64,000 bases of DNA from Longimicrobiales bacterium (GTDB lineage: Bacteria; Gemmatimonadota; Gemmatimonadetes; Longimicrobiales; Gaopeijiaceae), in contig CBDDCX010000008.1 of the NCBI GenBank assembly GCA_965226375.1, forward strand, positions 416,001 to 480,000. Direction: 5' to 3'. The notes under the pieces were generated by a model. That model worked only from the letters and a program-made list of their open reading frames with translations, was not told where the DNA came from and did not search any database. Numbering within the stretch: the first letter of the stretch is position 1; the number at the start of each line of letters is the position of its first letter. A program made the position numbers and the translations under genes. This document shows, piece after piece, positions 48,407-58,768 of this stretch.

Positions 48407-49828
48407 CTAGGAGACCAGAAGGACGTAGGCGACCGCCATTGCCAGGTGCAGGAGGGCGAAGGGAAGCGCCTTCCTCACGAACGCCACGAAGGAGAGCGGG
48501 ACGCCGTGCTTGCGCATGACCGTCACGGCCACGAGGGTCGACGCCGACCCGATGGGTGTGATGTTGCCGCCCAGGTTAGCGCCGAAGATGACCGCCCACC
48601 ATAGAGGATCGTCAGGGGGGCGCAGCCCGCCACTCGCCATGGGAATCCCCGCGATGATCTTCGAGAGCATGGCGGCCAGCGGGATGTTGTCCGTCACCGA
48701 GCTGAACGCCGCCGATGAAAGCAGGACGGCCGTGGTGCCGGCCCTCGGACCCAGCGCGATAAGGCTCTCCACGCCACGGCCGATAAGCGCCAGAACCTGC
48801 GCGTGCTCCATCACCGAGATGACGACGAACAGCGCGGCGAAGAAGGCGAGCAGGTCCCAGTCGATGGTTCGGTAGAACTCGTCGACCTCGTGCTTGTAGC
48901 GTATCAACATGATGGCGGCGAATGCCAGAGCGATGAAGCCCATGCCCAAGTCGCCGACGAACGGAGTGATCGACGCCGTTGCGATCGCCACGATGAAGAG
49001 GATGAGCATGGCCGCGCCGAACCAGAAGAACCCACGGCTTTCGATACCGTCCCTCTCATCGAACCCGGCAACGAGGCGTGCCGCTTCTTCGATCTCCTCG
49101 GGTGCGGCGAGGCCATGGATCCCGAAGAGCCTGGCGCCGAGCATGAGCGTGGCGACGCTTGCCACGACCACGAACGGCGCGGATTTGAAGAAGAAAGCCA
49201 TGAAGCTGATGCCGGCCGCCGCTCCGACGATGATGTTGGGGACCGAACTGATGAGCGTCAGCAGCCCTCCGATATTGGTGAGCAGTCCCTCGATCAGGAG
49301 AAACCCCAGGAGCTTGTCGGATCGTTCGAGCTTGGCCAGGGAGACGGCGGAGAGCGACCCCACGATGATCATGGCGGTGACGTTGTTGAGGACGGCGGAG
49401 AAGGCGACGGTCATGAGGCCGTAGTACCAAAGCAGCTTGAGGGGATCTCCACGCGACGCCTTGGTGAGTTTGATGGCGATCCATGTGAATAGGCCGGAGC
49501 GCGACGTTACGTCTACGAAGAGGCTGGCTCCCAGAATGATCGTGATGACCCCCCAGTCGATCGCCGGGATGTAGACGGGCATGTCCACCTCGTGCCCGCC
49601 GATCAGGTAGGGTCCGAATGGAAGCGGAAGTAGGACTGCTCCGAGAAGCAGGGTCACCACCGCGAACAACCCCACGATGAGCGACTTCTGAGCGTGGAGT
49701 TTCTCCTCCAGGGCCAGGCACACGATCATGCCCGTCAGGAGAGTGGCGAAGAGCATCGTGACCGGGAGCGTCACCTCGGGTGCCGGCCCGTGGGCTACCC
49801 CCTGCACAAGAATCGACGGGAGCGCCAT
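48407..49828 (-). CDS. ArsB/NhaD (SLC13-like) permease
   Basis: LNNVT, NIGGLLTLISSVPN, TDNIPL, NLGGNITPIGSAS. Confidence 0.88.
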   Translation of the reverse strand: MALPSILVQGVAHGPAPEVTLPVTMLFATLLTGMIVCLALEEKLHAQKSLIVGLFAVVTLLLGAVLLPLPFGPYLIGGHEVDMPVYIPAIDWGVITIILGASLFVDVTSRSGLFTWIAIKLTKASRGDPLKLLWYYGLMTVAFSAVLNNVTAMIIVGSLSAVSLAKLERSDKLLGFLLIEGLLTNIGGLLTLISSVPNIIVGAAAGISFMAFFFKSAPFVVVASVATLMLGARLFGIHGLAAPEEIEEAARLVAGFDERDGIESRGFFWFGAAMLILFIVAIATASITPFVGDLGMGFIALAFAAIMLIRYKHEVDEFYRTIDWDLLAFFAALFVVISVMEHAQVLALIGRGVESLIALGPRAGTTAVLLSSAAFSSVTDNIPLAAMLSKIIAGIPMASGGLRPPDDPLWWAVIFGANLGGNITPIGSASTLVAVTVMRKHGVPLSFVAFVRKALPFALLHLAMAVAYVLLVS

Positions 49829-50688
49829 CACAGCATCAGGAGCGGAATGGTCCGCAACTCGATAGCCAGCGGATACGCCAGCCCATGCATGGCAAGCTGA
49901 TCCTCGTCCTTGGTGTTCATGACCAGGAGGTCGACGGCGTGCTCCTCGACGAGGCGGCGGTACTCTTGGATGTGGTGTCCTGAAGTGACCAGGGACTCGA
50001 CCGTGAGGGAGGGGATGCTCCTCGCGAGGCCGACCCGGCACGATTCGATATAGTCTCTCGGGTCCTTGATCAGGCGGGCTGCGATCTCACTTCTTGCCGC
50101 GTCCGTGTCGATGGTGGAGATCTTCGATATGGCCTCCATGTAGCGCTCGAATACCGCCCCGTCTTCTACGTGGCTGAGGTATAGTGAGCCATCGTTCTGA
50201 GTGTACCGGGCCGCATGGTTGACCAGCCGGTTGTCTCCCGTCAGGTGGTCGGTCAAGGCCATGACGGTATGGGTACGACGACGGGCCACATGCTGCGACT
50301 CGGCTCGTTCCGGGTGAGGCATGACGAGAACGGGTGTCGTGGTCGCCTGGGTCAGAACGTCCACGTACTCACCCAGCGTATACGGCCAGCGCCAGCTCTC
50401 GGAGTGCAGGTGGCGGTACGTACAGATCAGTCCCGGGTGTTCTCCTTCAACCAACACCAGCAGATCGGGAACGTTGCTGAACTCGTTTCCGTGGACCACG
50501 CGCCACCGGATGTTCTCGGTCTGATCGAGGACTTCGAGGAACGCGCGCGTCTGGGCCGCGAAGTCATCCGCTTGTGAGGCGTCACGGTCGGAAACGACCA
50601 GAACCGAGGCGACCTCCACCGGCTCCGGCGTAAAGACCGTCCGGGCAGCGGCCCGGAAGACACTCTCGAACTGGTCGACCTTGGTCAC
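49828..50688 (-). CDS. Universal-stress-protein-like tandem-domain protein
   Basis: VDLLVMN...PLLML and TTTPVLVMP Usp-type C-termini; coupled to the permease. Confidence 0.6.
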   Translation of the reverse strand: MTKVDQFESVFRAAARTVFTPEPVEVASVLVVSDRDASQADDFAAQTRAFLEVLDQTENIRWRVVHGNEFSNVPDLLVLVEGEHPGLICTYRHLHSESWRWPYTLGEYVDVLTQATTTPVLVMPHPERAESQHVARRRTHTVMALTDHLTGDNRLVNHAARYTQNDGSLYLSHVEDGAVFERYMEAISKISTIDTDAARSEIAARLIKDPRDYIESCRVGLARSIPSLTVESLVTSGHHIQEYRRLVEEHAVDLLVMNTKDEDQLAMHGLAYPLAIELRTIPLLML

Positions 50689-51269
50689 GACCGTGGCGAC
50701 CGTGAGGCGCGTTTTCGTTCGGACGCCGGGGCGGTGTTGGCCTGTGCTATCGACGCCTGGAAGATCGTCACCCCCGTCTCGCCGCTCAGGCGGGTCCGAC
50801 CCCGTAACGCCGGTGGCAGGGCTTGATCACGCGCGTGCTCAACGCCGAGGATTCGCGAGAACGGACACTCGGCCCACACGCGGAGAATGCGATCCAGTTT
50901 CCGGGAGCCGTACGGGGCGTCCACGAAGGCGATGTCGTACCTACCTTCATCCAGGGCTTCGACGAAGGGGATGGCGTCGCGCTTGAAGATCCTGGTCCGC
51001 TTCGTCTCCCTGAGCGCCGCCACGTTGGCCTTGAGAGCGTGGAGTGCCTTCGCCCCGTTCTCGACGAAGTCTGCGGACTTCGCACCTCGGGACAAGGCCT
51101 CGAGCCCGAGCGCTCCCGACCCGGCGAAGAGGTCGAGTACGCGTGCTCCGTCCAAGTCCCCCTCCAGGCGACCGAGCCAACGATCACGGACGCTCTCTGC
51201 TGTGGGACGGACTCGCTTGCCCGGCGACGTCAGACGTCGATCGGCGTACTTTCCGGCTACGATACGCAT
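50685..51269 (-). CDS. rsmD: 16S rRNA m2G966 methyltransferase RsmD family
   Basis: MRIVAG, RPT, LDLFAGSGALGLEALSRGA; DAPY in place of DPPY. Confidence 0.9.
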   Translation of the reverse strand: MRIVAGKYADRRLTSPGKRVRPTAESVRDRWLGRLEGDLDGARVLDLFAGSGALGLEALSRGAKSADFVENGAKALHALKANVAALRETKRTRIFKRDAIPFVEALDEGRYDIAFVDAPYGSRKLDRILRVWAECPFSRILGVEHARDQALPPALRGRTRLSGETGVTIFQASIAQANTAPASERKRASRSPRS

Positions 51270-51281
51270 CTCGCTGCCCCC

Positions 51282-52643
51282 TCAGCCGGGCGTGCCGGCG
51301 GGTCCGGGGGTGCCGGCGGGTCCGGCCGACCGCCCACTCGCCGCCATGCCGGCCTCCTCGTCGACCCCCATCAGGATCAACCCGCCCACAAGGAAGAATA
51401 CCATTATGATTCCGACTCCGACGCGCTGATTCCCGAACAGGGTGATGGCTAGGCCGTAGAGGAACGGTCCCATGAACGCCATGGCTTTACCCGAGAACGC
51501 GAAGAACCCGTAGAACTCGGTCTCCCTATCGGGGGGCACGAAACGCCCCAACAGCGAGCGACTGGCGGCCTGGTTGGGCCCCACGAAGACTCCCACGAAC
51601 ACACCGGCCAGGAACATGGAAATCTTGGCGCTGGCCACGGTGGCCCACAGGGTCGCGATGAACAACCCGACCAGCGAGATCAGGATGGTCTTGCGGCCCC
51701 CGATGCGGTCGTCCAGGAACCCCATGGCGAACGCACCGAGACCTGCCGTCACGTTCAGTGCCAGCCCCCAGAGCATGACTTCCGTGAGCGTGAACCCGAA
51801 CACTTCGGCGGCGTAGAGCGGGCCCAGCGCGAAGATCGTCACGAGCCCGTCGTTGTAGATCATCCGGGCGACGAGCAGCCGCACGATCTGGCCATAGCGT
51901 TTGATCTCCCGGAACGTATCGGCGAGCTGCTTGGCCGTGCCCCTCAGGAGTTCTCCCAGGGGCGGGGGATCGGGGTGCACGGGTTCCGGCACCCACCGGA
52001 ACATCGGAATTGCGAAGACCCCGAACCACACCGCCACGAGGACCGTGGTGGCTCGCACGTTCTGAAAGAGCGACTCCTCTCCAGTGCCCAACCCGAACCA
52101 CGGGTTCTCGGCCTGCACGAAACCGACAAGTGCTATGCCCATGGCCACCAGACCTCCCAGGTAACCGAGGGCCCAGCCATAGCCGGACACCCTTCCGATG
52201 TCGTCGGAGCCGGCGAGGTCGGGCAGGTAGGAATTGTAGAAGACGCCCGACAGCTCGAACGCGATGTTGGTCACCACGAAGACCCCGAACGCGAACATGA
52301 CCTGACCCGGGGTGGGGAAGTAGAGCAGCACACTTCCCAGGACGGCGATGACCGTACTGATCAGCAGATAGCGGCGTCGATGCCCACCTCGGTCGGCCAG
52401 CGCGCCGAGGAACGGCGAGGTCAGGGCGACGATGACGGCCGTAAGGGCGATCCCGTTCGCCCAGATCTTGGTTCCCGTGTCTCCGTCCGGTGCGATCTCC
52501 TGGGCGAAGAAGAACGAGTAGATGAATGTCACGATGAGCGTCGTGAACGCCGAGTTGCCGAAGTCGTAGAAAGCCCATCCCCAGATTGCCTTCTTACCGG
52601 CCGGGGTTCGGGTCTGCGCTTCAGCCGCCTGGTCTTGCGCCAT
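51282..52643 (-). CDS. MFS transporter (UMF1/Atg22-like)
   Basis: WAFYDFGNSAF, GRVSGYGWALGY, QAASRS, FYGFFAFSGK. Confidence 0.9.
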   Translation of the reverse strand: MAQDQAAEAQTRTPAGKKAIWGWAFYDFGNSAFTTLIVTFIYSFFFAQEIAPDGDTGTKIWANGIALTAVIVALTSPFLGALADRGGHRRRYLLISTVIAVLGSVLLYFPTPGQVMFAFGVFVVTNIAFELSGVFYNSYLPDLAGSDDIGRVSGYGWALGYLGGLVAMGIALVGFVQAENPWFGLGTGEESLFQNVRATTVLVAVWFGVFAIPMFRWVPEPVHPDPPPLGELLRGTAKQLADTFREIKRYGQIVRLLVARMIYNDGLVTIFALGPLYAAEVFGFTLTEVMLWGLALNVTAGLGAFAMGFLDDRIGGRKTILISLVGLFIATLWATVASAKISMFLAGVFVGVFVGPNQAASRSLLGRFVPPDRETEFYGFFAFSGKAMAFMGPFLYGLAITLFGNQRVGVGIIMVFFLVGGLILMGVDEEAGMAASGRSAGPAGTPGPAGTPG

Positions 52644-52724
52644 GTCGTCTACTCGTCCGTCTGGTTGAGATTGTCGTCCGTTCGCTGTAGGGGACGGGTC
52701 CGCTCGTGAATCGGCAACGGGACA

Positions 52725-53576
52725 CTAACTCCCCAGCAGCTCCCGGAAGAACTCGATCGTTCTAGGCCACGCACCCTCGGAAGCGGCCATGTTGGCGCCC
52801 TCCATCCCCCCCTGACCCTTCAGGAAGCCATGACCCGCGCCGTCGTAGATGTTGACGTCATAACGTTTGCCCAGGCGTTCCATTTCGGCCTGAGCGTCCG
52901 GAATCGTAGCGTTCACGCGGTTGTCCGCCCCACCGTAATGGCCGAGAACGGGTGCCTGGATGCGCGCCAACGTTTCGGTGTCCGGAGAGGTGCCGTAGTA
53001 GACGACGGCCGCGTCTAGCCCTTCGAAGTCGACCGCGAAGTTGAACGAGGTCGAGCCGCCCCAGCAGAAGCCCACCGAGCCGACCCTGTCGCTCGCCGCG
53101 GGAAGAGACGTTCCGTAAGCGGCGGCCGCTTGCAGTCGGCGATTGACTTCGGCCCGATCCAGATCTCGCATGGCCCGTCCGACGTCCTGCGGATCGAGGG
53201 AGTCGGTGCCGCCACCTCCCGGTCCCTTGCCGGACAGCAGATCCGGCGTCACGGCGATGAACCCGTCCGCCGCGAGCTGGTCGGCAACGGCCCGGGCCCA
53301 GTCGGACATGGCCCGGATGTCGTGGATCACAACGACGACGGGTGCGTCGTCGCTACGCTCGGGATACGAGACCCAAGCTTGCACCTCATCACCGTCTCCC
53401 GCGTCATACGTCACCCACTCCCCGTGCCTGGGCGAGGCCTCCAGACGGGCGGTGGCCGTCTCTCCGTCGGGGGGCAGACTCTGCGCGTCTCCGGCGTGCG
53501 GGAGGACTGCAGCAGCCAGGACCAGGCCAGCCAGTACCAGCCCGGCCAGAACATGCCTTCGTGCCGAAGAAGTCAT
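52725..53576 (-). CDS. Dienelactone hydrolase family protein, secreted
   Basis: GFCWGG, YYG, DNRV, AGHGF. Confidence 0.92.
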   Translation of the reverse strand: MTSSARRHVLAGLVLAGLVLAAAVLPHAGDAQSLPPDGETATARLEASPRHGEWVTYDAGDGDEVQAWVSYPERSDDAPVVVVIHDIRAMSDWARAVADQLAADGFIAVTPDLLSGKGPGGGGTDSLDPQDVGRAMRDLDRAEVNRRLQAAAAYGTSLPAASDRVGSVGFCWGGSTSFNFAVDFEGLDAAVVYYGTSPDTETLARIQAPVLGHYGGADNRVNATIPDAQAEMERLGKRYDVNIYDGAGHGFLKGQGGMEGANMAASEGAWPRTIEFFRELLGS

Positions 53577-53649
53577 TTCGAGTCTCCGAGGTTGAGATGT
53601 ATGCGTACCGTCACGCGGGGCCGCCTGAGGATGCCGAGCGATCGCCGCG

Positions 53650-54594
53650 TCATGCCGGACCGATCCGGAACATGAGTTCTATGCCCCAGTACCGCTCGTC
53701 CGTCAAGAAGAATTGACCCATGGGTGATGGACCGTCGTGGAACACGCCGTGCAGGTAAGCGGACCGATCACCGTTCTTGGCCGACACTCCGAAGACGGCG
53801 GACACTTGTCCTCGCCAATCCGTCCGATCGGTGCTCTGCCAATCGAGTCCGGCGTCCAAGCCCAGGTCGCCGCCAGACCACGGGTACCATTCGAGGTCGG
53901 CCCCGAGGCGCACGAGGGCATTGTCCGAGAAGTCCGGACCGAGTTGGCCTTCGTTCTCCAGACTGGAGCGTGTGACGATGGCCCCTCCTCCGTAGAGGCG
54001 TACCCGTCCCGCCCGATACGCAAGAAGCGCCTCGAGCGTCTCCGACGTGAAGTCGATGCGCTCGGCCCCGGCCTTCTCGATCATCTCATCGCCGAGATGG
54101 GCGCTCCAATGCGTGAGTCGTAACCGCGCCGACCAGAGTCCCCATCCGGCCTCGACCGGTAGGGCGACCACCCAATCCGAGGCGACCAGATCGCTGCTCG
54201 ATACCTCCAGCCTGAAGCGACCGAAGACGCCCGCCTGGAGGCCCACCGTCAGGCCCCCGCCTTGCCACCGCGCCGGACTCCAAAGCCGGAACGACCCACC
54301 CAGGGCGGCCTCGCCCTGGAGTTCGGTGTCGAGCCCGGTCTCCCCAGGAAAGTCGAAGGGGGGGCGTTCGGCCGGGTCGGCGCGGCCACGAAACACGGGG
54401 CTCCACAGAACCCGTAGTGCGAACACGGGCTCCCGCAGCGAGGCGTGGGGCACGGCGAAGTAACCCTGATCGGGAAGCCAAGTGCGTTCCGAACGGCCCT
54501 GAGCCTCGATACCGGACGCCGTGAGCCCCAGGGCAAAGAGGACCCGGGCAGGGAAGACCACGGCTGTACGATGGGAACGGACTCTCACGCGCAC
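53650..54594 (-). CDS. DUF1207-like outer-membrane protein
   Basis: Signal peptide, beta strands, HWSAHLGDE, DGPSPMGQFF. Confidence 0.7.
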   Translation of the reverse strand: MRVRVRSHRTAVVFPARVLFALGLTASGIEAQGRSERTWLPDQGYFAVPHASLREPVFALRVLWSPVFRGRADPAERPPFDFPGETGLDTELQGEAALGGSFRLWSPARWQGGGLTVGLQAGVFGRFRLEVSSSDLVASDWVVALPVEAGWGLWSARLRLTHWSAHLGDEMIEKAGAERIDFTSETLEALLAYRAGRVRLYGGGAIVTRSSLENEGQLGPDFSDNALVRLGADLEWYPWSGGDLGLDAGLDWQSTDRTDWRGQVSAVFGVSAKNGDRSAYLHGVFHDGPSPMGQFFLTDERYWGIELMFRIGPA

Positions 54595-54716
54595 TCCGAC
54601 ATGTATGTCTGGACTCAGGGGCCGCTCATTCTACCGTGGCGGAGCATCGGTGGAAAAGGGACCCAGCGGGTGATGGCGATGGTACGACAGACTTCCTGAC
54701 GGAGCAGCCGACGAGG

Positions 54717-55619
54717 ATGGATATGGATCGTGTAGAGATTCCCAACCAGGCTACGTATTCGCCTGTGGCCCTTACGGACGTGTTCATGCTCGCGCCGCTT
54801 GCCTCGCGTGTGCTGTTGGGAGCGACCGTTCCCGGTCGGATCGTACAGGCGCTCGCGCTCGGGGCGTACGCCGGAAGTGCGCTCAGCGACTGGATTTCCA
54901 GGCAGGATGCCCGACCCATCGACTTCGAGAAGGTCTTCGGTGAGGACCTGTCGGCTCTGGAGCCCATGACCGACGAGGTCCGCCAGACCGAGATCGACGA
55001 GCTCGTCGAGAAGCTGAACGCCAACTACGAGCCGGTTGACATGTCGCGCGAGAAGTTGGCGGTGATCGTCGATGAGCGGCTGACCGACTACATCGCGTCG
55101 ATCACCGGCCAAAGGGTGGAGACGAGCGCGGAAGTGCGAAGCTTCGCCATCTCCAAGCTCATTTTTCCGTTCGCTTTAGGCGCGTGCGACATCCTCTCCG
55201 GAGACGTGACGATCTTCCGCGACTGCGGGGTGTTCGAGGCCCACATCATCGCCCATGAATTCTGCCACCGGAAGGGTTATTACAAGGAGCTTCAGGCTCA
55301 GGCGCTGGCCTATCTGGCCATGAGCACGGCCGAGGAGAACATCCTCGTGCAGTCGGCCCAGTGCGAGCGTGTGCACCGGAACATGCGGGTGCTCGCGGAC
55401 AGCGACCTGGACCGCTACCACGAGATGGTGGACGAGTCCGGTCTCCGTGAGGAGCTGGCCAAAGATTTCCACGAGATCCGCCCCAAGCCGTCCGCCTATG
55501 AGCGGGGTGTGTGGACCGTCATGAAGCCCCTCATGGAGGAGCGGATGAAGATGACCGGGCAGAACGGTCTGGCCGACTACGACGCCGGATTCACGGACTT
55601 CATCCACACCCAGGGCTGA
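54717..55619 (+). CDS. DUF3810-like putative zinc metallopeptidase
   Basis: IAHEFCHRKGY-x-E (HExxH); start uncertain. Confidence 0.6.
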   Translation: MDMDRVEIPNQATYSPVALTDVFMLAPLASRVLLGATVPGRIVQALALGAYAGSALSDWISRQDARPIDFEKVFGEDLSALEPMTDEVRQTEIDELVEKLNANYEPVDMSREKLAVIVDERLTDYIASITGQRVETSAEVRSFAISKLIFPFALGACDILSGDVTIFRDCGVFEAHIIAHEFCHRKGYYKELQAQALAYLAMSTAEENILVQSAQCERVHRNMRVLADSDLDRYHEMVDESGLREELAKDFHEIRPKPSAYERGVWTVMKPLMEERMKMTGQNGLADYDAGFTDFIHTQG

Positions 55620-55703
55620 CGGGCGGCTCCTTCCCCCTTACATTGCCGGCCGTCCATCAGCAGGGTGTCCTGTTCCGGATTCACCTGAAATCTCGGTCGC
55701 ACT

Positions 55704-57383
55704 ATGAGCGCAATGATCCCCGCGGTAATCGGCCTGGTGGCCTTGGGTCTCGGCTATCGTTTCTATTCGAGCTTCATCGCCGAGAAGATCTACCAACTCG
55801 ATCCGGACTTCGAGACGCCGTCCCATGCCCTGCGGGACGACGTGGACTACCTGCCCACCAACAAGGTCGTGCTGTGGGGCCATCACTTCACGTCGGTCGC
55901 GGGCGCTGCACCCATCATCGGACCGGCCATCGCCGTTATCTGGGGGTGGCTGCCCGCGTTCTTGTGGGTCGTGTTCGGCACCATGTTCTTCGCGGGCGTA
56001 CACGACTTCGGGGCTATTTGGGCCAGCGTCCGTAATCGGGGGACGTCGCTCGGATCGCTGACCGGCGAGGTGGTGGGGCCGCGTGCCCGCACCCTCTTCA
56101 TGATCGTCATCTTCCTGCTGTTGCTCATGGTCAACGCCGTGTTCGCCGTGGCCATCTCCAACGCATTCGTGGCCACACCGAGCAGCGTGATTCCGGTGTG
56201 GAGTGCCATCGCCGTTGCGGTGGTGATCGGAATGCTGATCTACCGGCTCAAGAAGCCGATCCTGTGGCCCACGATTATCGGCACGGTGATCCTCTATTCC
56301 GTGATCTGGGTCGGCGATGCCTTCCCGGTCTCGTTGCCCGATACGCTGTTCGGTCTGGCCGCCGGCCCGCAGTGGATCGTGATCCTGTTTGTCTACGCGA
56401 CCATCGCTTCGCTGCTTCCGATTTGGATGCTCCTGCAGCCGCGGGACTACATCAACGGCATCCAGCTATTCGTGGGGCTGGGTCTGCTGTTCGCCGCGGT
56501 GTTCCTGGCCAACCCGACCATAGTGGCCCCGGCATTCAACCAGAACGTGCCCGCCGGGACCCCGCCCTTGGTGCCACTCCTGTTCGTGACGATCGCCTGT
56601 GGCGCCATCTCGGGCTTCCATGGACTGGTGGCGTCGGGTACCACATCCAAACAGCTCGACAAGGAGCCTGACGCGCGCTTCGTCGGCTACGGGGGCTCCT
56701 TGGGAGAGGGCCTGCTAGCCATCTGCGCCATCATCGCCGTCAGCGCAGGCTTCGCTACGCGGGGCGAGTGGGAGGCAGCCTACTCGGCGTTCGGCACGAC
56801 GGGTATCGATACCTTCGTGGCGGGAGGCTCGGTGATCGTTACCGCGGGCACCGGGTTGCCGATCGGGTTCACCGCCACCCTTCTCGCCGTCATGGCAGTC
56901 CTCTTCGCCGGCACCACCATGGACACGGGGGTGCGGCTCCAGCGCTACATCGTTCAGGAGTGGGGGACCATCTACAATCTCCCGGTGCTCCAGAACGGCT
57001 ATGTCGCCACCTTCATCGCGGTGGCGTCGTGTCTCGCTCTCGCGTTCGGAGCCGGCGGTGCGGACGGTCAGGGAGGCATGCTCATCTGGCCGCTGTTCGG
57101 GACCACCAACCAGCTTCTGGCTGGACTGACCCTGCTCGTGATCAGCGTCATGCTGGTCAAGCGGCGGCGGCGGTACGCCTTCACGCTCGTGCCCATGATC
57201 TTCGTTACCACCATGGCGTTCCTGGCGGCGCTCTATCAGCTCTGGAACCTGTTCACGACCGGCCAGTATTTCCTCGCTGCACTGGACGTTCTGATCGTGG
57301 TGGCGGCCGTCCTGGTCATGCTCGAGTCGACATCGGCGTTCCTCCGGGAGCACAGGAAGGCCACGGAGACGCCAGCGGTCTGA
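55704..57383 (+). CDS. cstA: Carbon starvation CstA family transporter
   Basis: GHHFTSVAGAAPIIGP, LLQPRDY, TIACGAISGFH, WPLFGTTNQLL. Confidence 0.95.
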   Translation: MSAMIPAVIGLVALGLGYRFYSSFIAEKIYQLDPDFETPSHALRDDVDYLPTNKVVLWGHHFTSVAGAAPIIGPAIAVIWGWLPAFLWVVFGTMFFAGVHDFGAIWASVRNRGTSLGSLTGEVVGPRARTLFMIVIFLLLLMVNAVFAVAISNAFVATPSSVIPVWSAIAVAVVIGMLIYRLKKPILWPTIIGTVILYSVIWVGDAFPVSLPDTLFGLAAGPQWIVILFVYATIASLLPIWMLLQPRDYINGIQLFVGLGLLFAAVFLANPTIVAPAFNQNVPAGTPPLVPLLFVTIACGAISGFHGLVASGTTSKQLDKEPDARFVGYGGSLGEGLLAICAIIAVSAGFATRGEWEAAYSAFGTTGIDTFVAGGSVIVTAGTGLPIGFTATLLAVMAVLFAGTTMDTGVRLQRYIVQEWGTIYNLPVLQNGYVATFIAVASCLALAFGAGGADGQGGMLIWPLFGTTNQLLAGLTLLVISVMLVKRRRRYAFTLVPMIFVTTMAFLAALYQLWNLFTTGQYFLAALDVLIVVAAVLVMLESTSAFLREHRKATETPAV

Positions 57384-57404
57384 AGGCCCGCGCCCGAGAG
57401 AGCC

Positions 57405-57677
57405 ATGAAGCTTGCCGAAATCAAGCAAATAGTTGACAGAGTCAAGTATCTGCTTTCGGAGTTCTACTATGCGCCCTACCGGGGCGCGATCGCCCGGGCG
57501 AAGCGGGACGAGGACGACCTTTTCATGCTGCTCGTCTTCTCCGAATTGATGGGCGTGCCCAATCCGGCCAGCTACTACACGCTCGAGCTCCAGCCGATCA
57601 TGCTCGAGAGGTTCCATGAGTGGCACGTCCGCATGGGCATGGAACATTCCCCCCTCGACGATTTCCGTTGCTGCTGA
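57405..57677 (+). CDS. cory-CC-star family small protein
   Basis: EDDLFMLLVFSELMGVPNP...FHEWH, ends Cys-Cys-stop; between cstA and arsA. Confidence 0.85.
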   Translation: MKLAEIKQIVDRVKYLLSEFYYAPYRGAIARAKRDEDDLFMLLVFSELMGVPNPASYYTLELQPIMLERFHEWHVRMGMEHSPLDDFRCC

Positions 57678-57748
57678 CGGCTCTCGCGGCCCCGGCCCGT
57701 GCTTGCGTCCCCAGCGGTCGGGCTCCACGCCCGGGGTCGTAGGCGGCC

Positions 57749-58753
57749 GTGAGGAGATTCCTCGATCGACGCATCCTCTTCGTGGGTGGCAAGGGGGGCG
57801 TCGGTAAGACCACGACGGCGAGCGCACTCGCGCTCATGGCGGCGGAGTCGGGCCGCAGGGTCCTCATCGTCTCGATGGATCCTGCCCACTCCCTGGGCGA
57901 CATCTTCGGAGTCCGAATCGGCAACCACGAGGTGGAGTTGGCGGAGAGCCTGTGGGGTCTGGAGATCGACCCGGACGCCGAGGCGCAGGATCACATCCGG
58001 ACGGTCAAGGCGAGCATGAAACGCCTGGTCGCTCCCAAGATGTACCGGGAGATCGACCGCCAACTCGATCTGGCCCAAGACGCCCCGGGCACCGTCGAAG
58101 CCGCCGTTCTTGAGCGTATGTCCGAGCTCATGGCAGACGCGATGAGCCGCTTCGATCTGGTGGTGTTCGACACCGCGCCTACCGGTCAAACGATACGGTT
58201 GTTGTCGTTGCCCGAGATCATGGCCGCGTGGAGCGACGGCATGCTCAAGCACCAGGACCGTTCCGCCAAGCTGGGGCAGGTTCTCAAGGTGTTCAACCGG
58301 GCCCAGTCGAAGGAGGACGAGCTCGGAATGATCAGCGGGGGAAAAGAAGACGACGAAGACGCCCGGACCACTCAGATCAACGAGATTCTCCTGGCCCGGC
58401 GGCGAAAATTCCATAGGGCCCGTGAGCTCCTCACAGATGTGGATACCACGGCGTTCGTACTCGTCATCAATCCGGAGCGGCTGCCGATTCTCGAGAGCAA
58501 GAAGGCCCTGGCGGTGTTGAACAAGTTCAATGTTCCGGTGGCGGCCATGGTCGTGAATCGGCTCTTGCCCGACGATGCCGAGGGCGAGTTTCTGCGTGAG
58601 AGGCGGCTCCAGGAGAGGGAGTACCGCGACGAGATCGACCGTGAGTTCGCGGCCCTACATCGTGTTTATGTGCCGCTCCTGCCCCATGATGTGCATGGAA
58701 TCGACACGTTGCGCCGGATCGGACGCATTCTCGTGCCCGCCGTCGACGCGTAG
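57749..58753 (+). CDS. ArsA/GET3-family ATPase (single domain)
   Basis: GGKGGVGKTT, DPAHSL, FDTAPTG. Confidence 0.92.
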   Translation: MRRFLDRRILFVGGKGGVGKTTTASALALMAAESGRRVLIVSMDPAHSLGDIFGVRIGNHEVELAESLWGLEIDPDAEAQDHIRTVKASMKRLVAPKMYREIDRQLDLAQDAPGTVEAAVLERMSELMADAMSRFDLVVFDTAPTGQTIRLLSLPEIMAAWSDGMLKHQDRSAKLGQVLKVFNRAQSKEDELGMISGGKEDDEDARTTQINEILLARRRKFHRARELLTDVDTTAFVLVINPERLPILESKKALAVLNKFNVPVAAMVVNRLLPDDAEGEFLRERRLQEREYRDEIDREFAALHRVYVPLLPHDVHGIDTLRRIGRILVPAVDA

Positions 58754-58768
58754 ATCAGCCGAGCCTCG

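Noticed and set aside
51285..51325. 18-bp tandem repeat encoding GPAGTP at the MFS C-terminus
   Set aside because: Two copies in a low-complexity tail; too short for a collagen-like domain.
57675..57752. Sec readthrough at the CC-TGA of cory-CC-star
   Set aside because: Readthrough gives a short Arg/Pro-rich, non-protein-like tail; no compact SECIS-like loop; CC-stop is the family hallmark.
57749..58753. Arsenic resistance operon (with the ArsB-like gene at 48407)
   Set aside because: ATPase is single-domain without Cys ligands, no arsR/C/D, and the two genes are 8 kb apart in different contexts.
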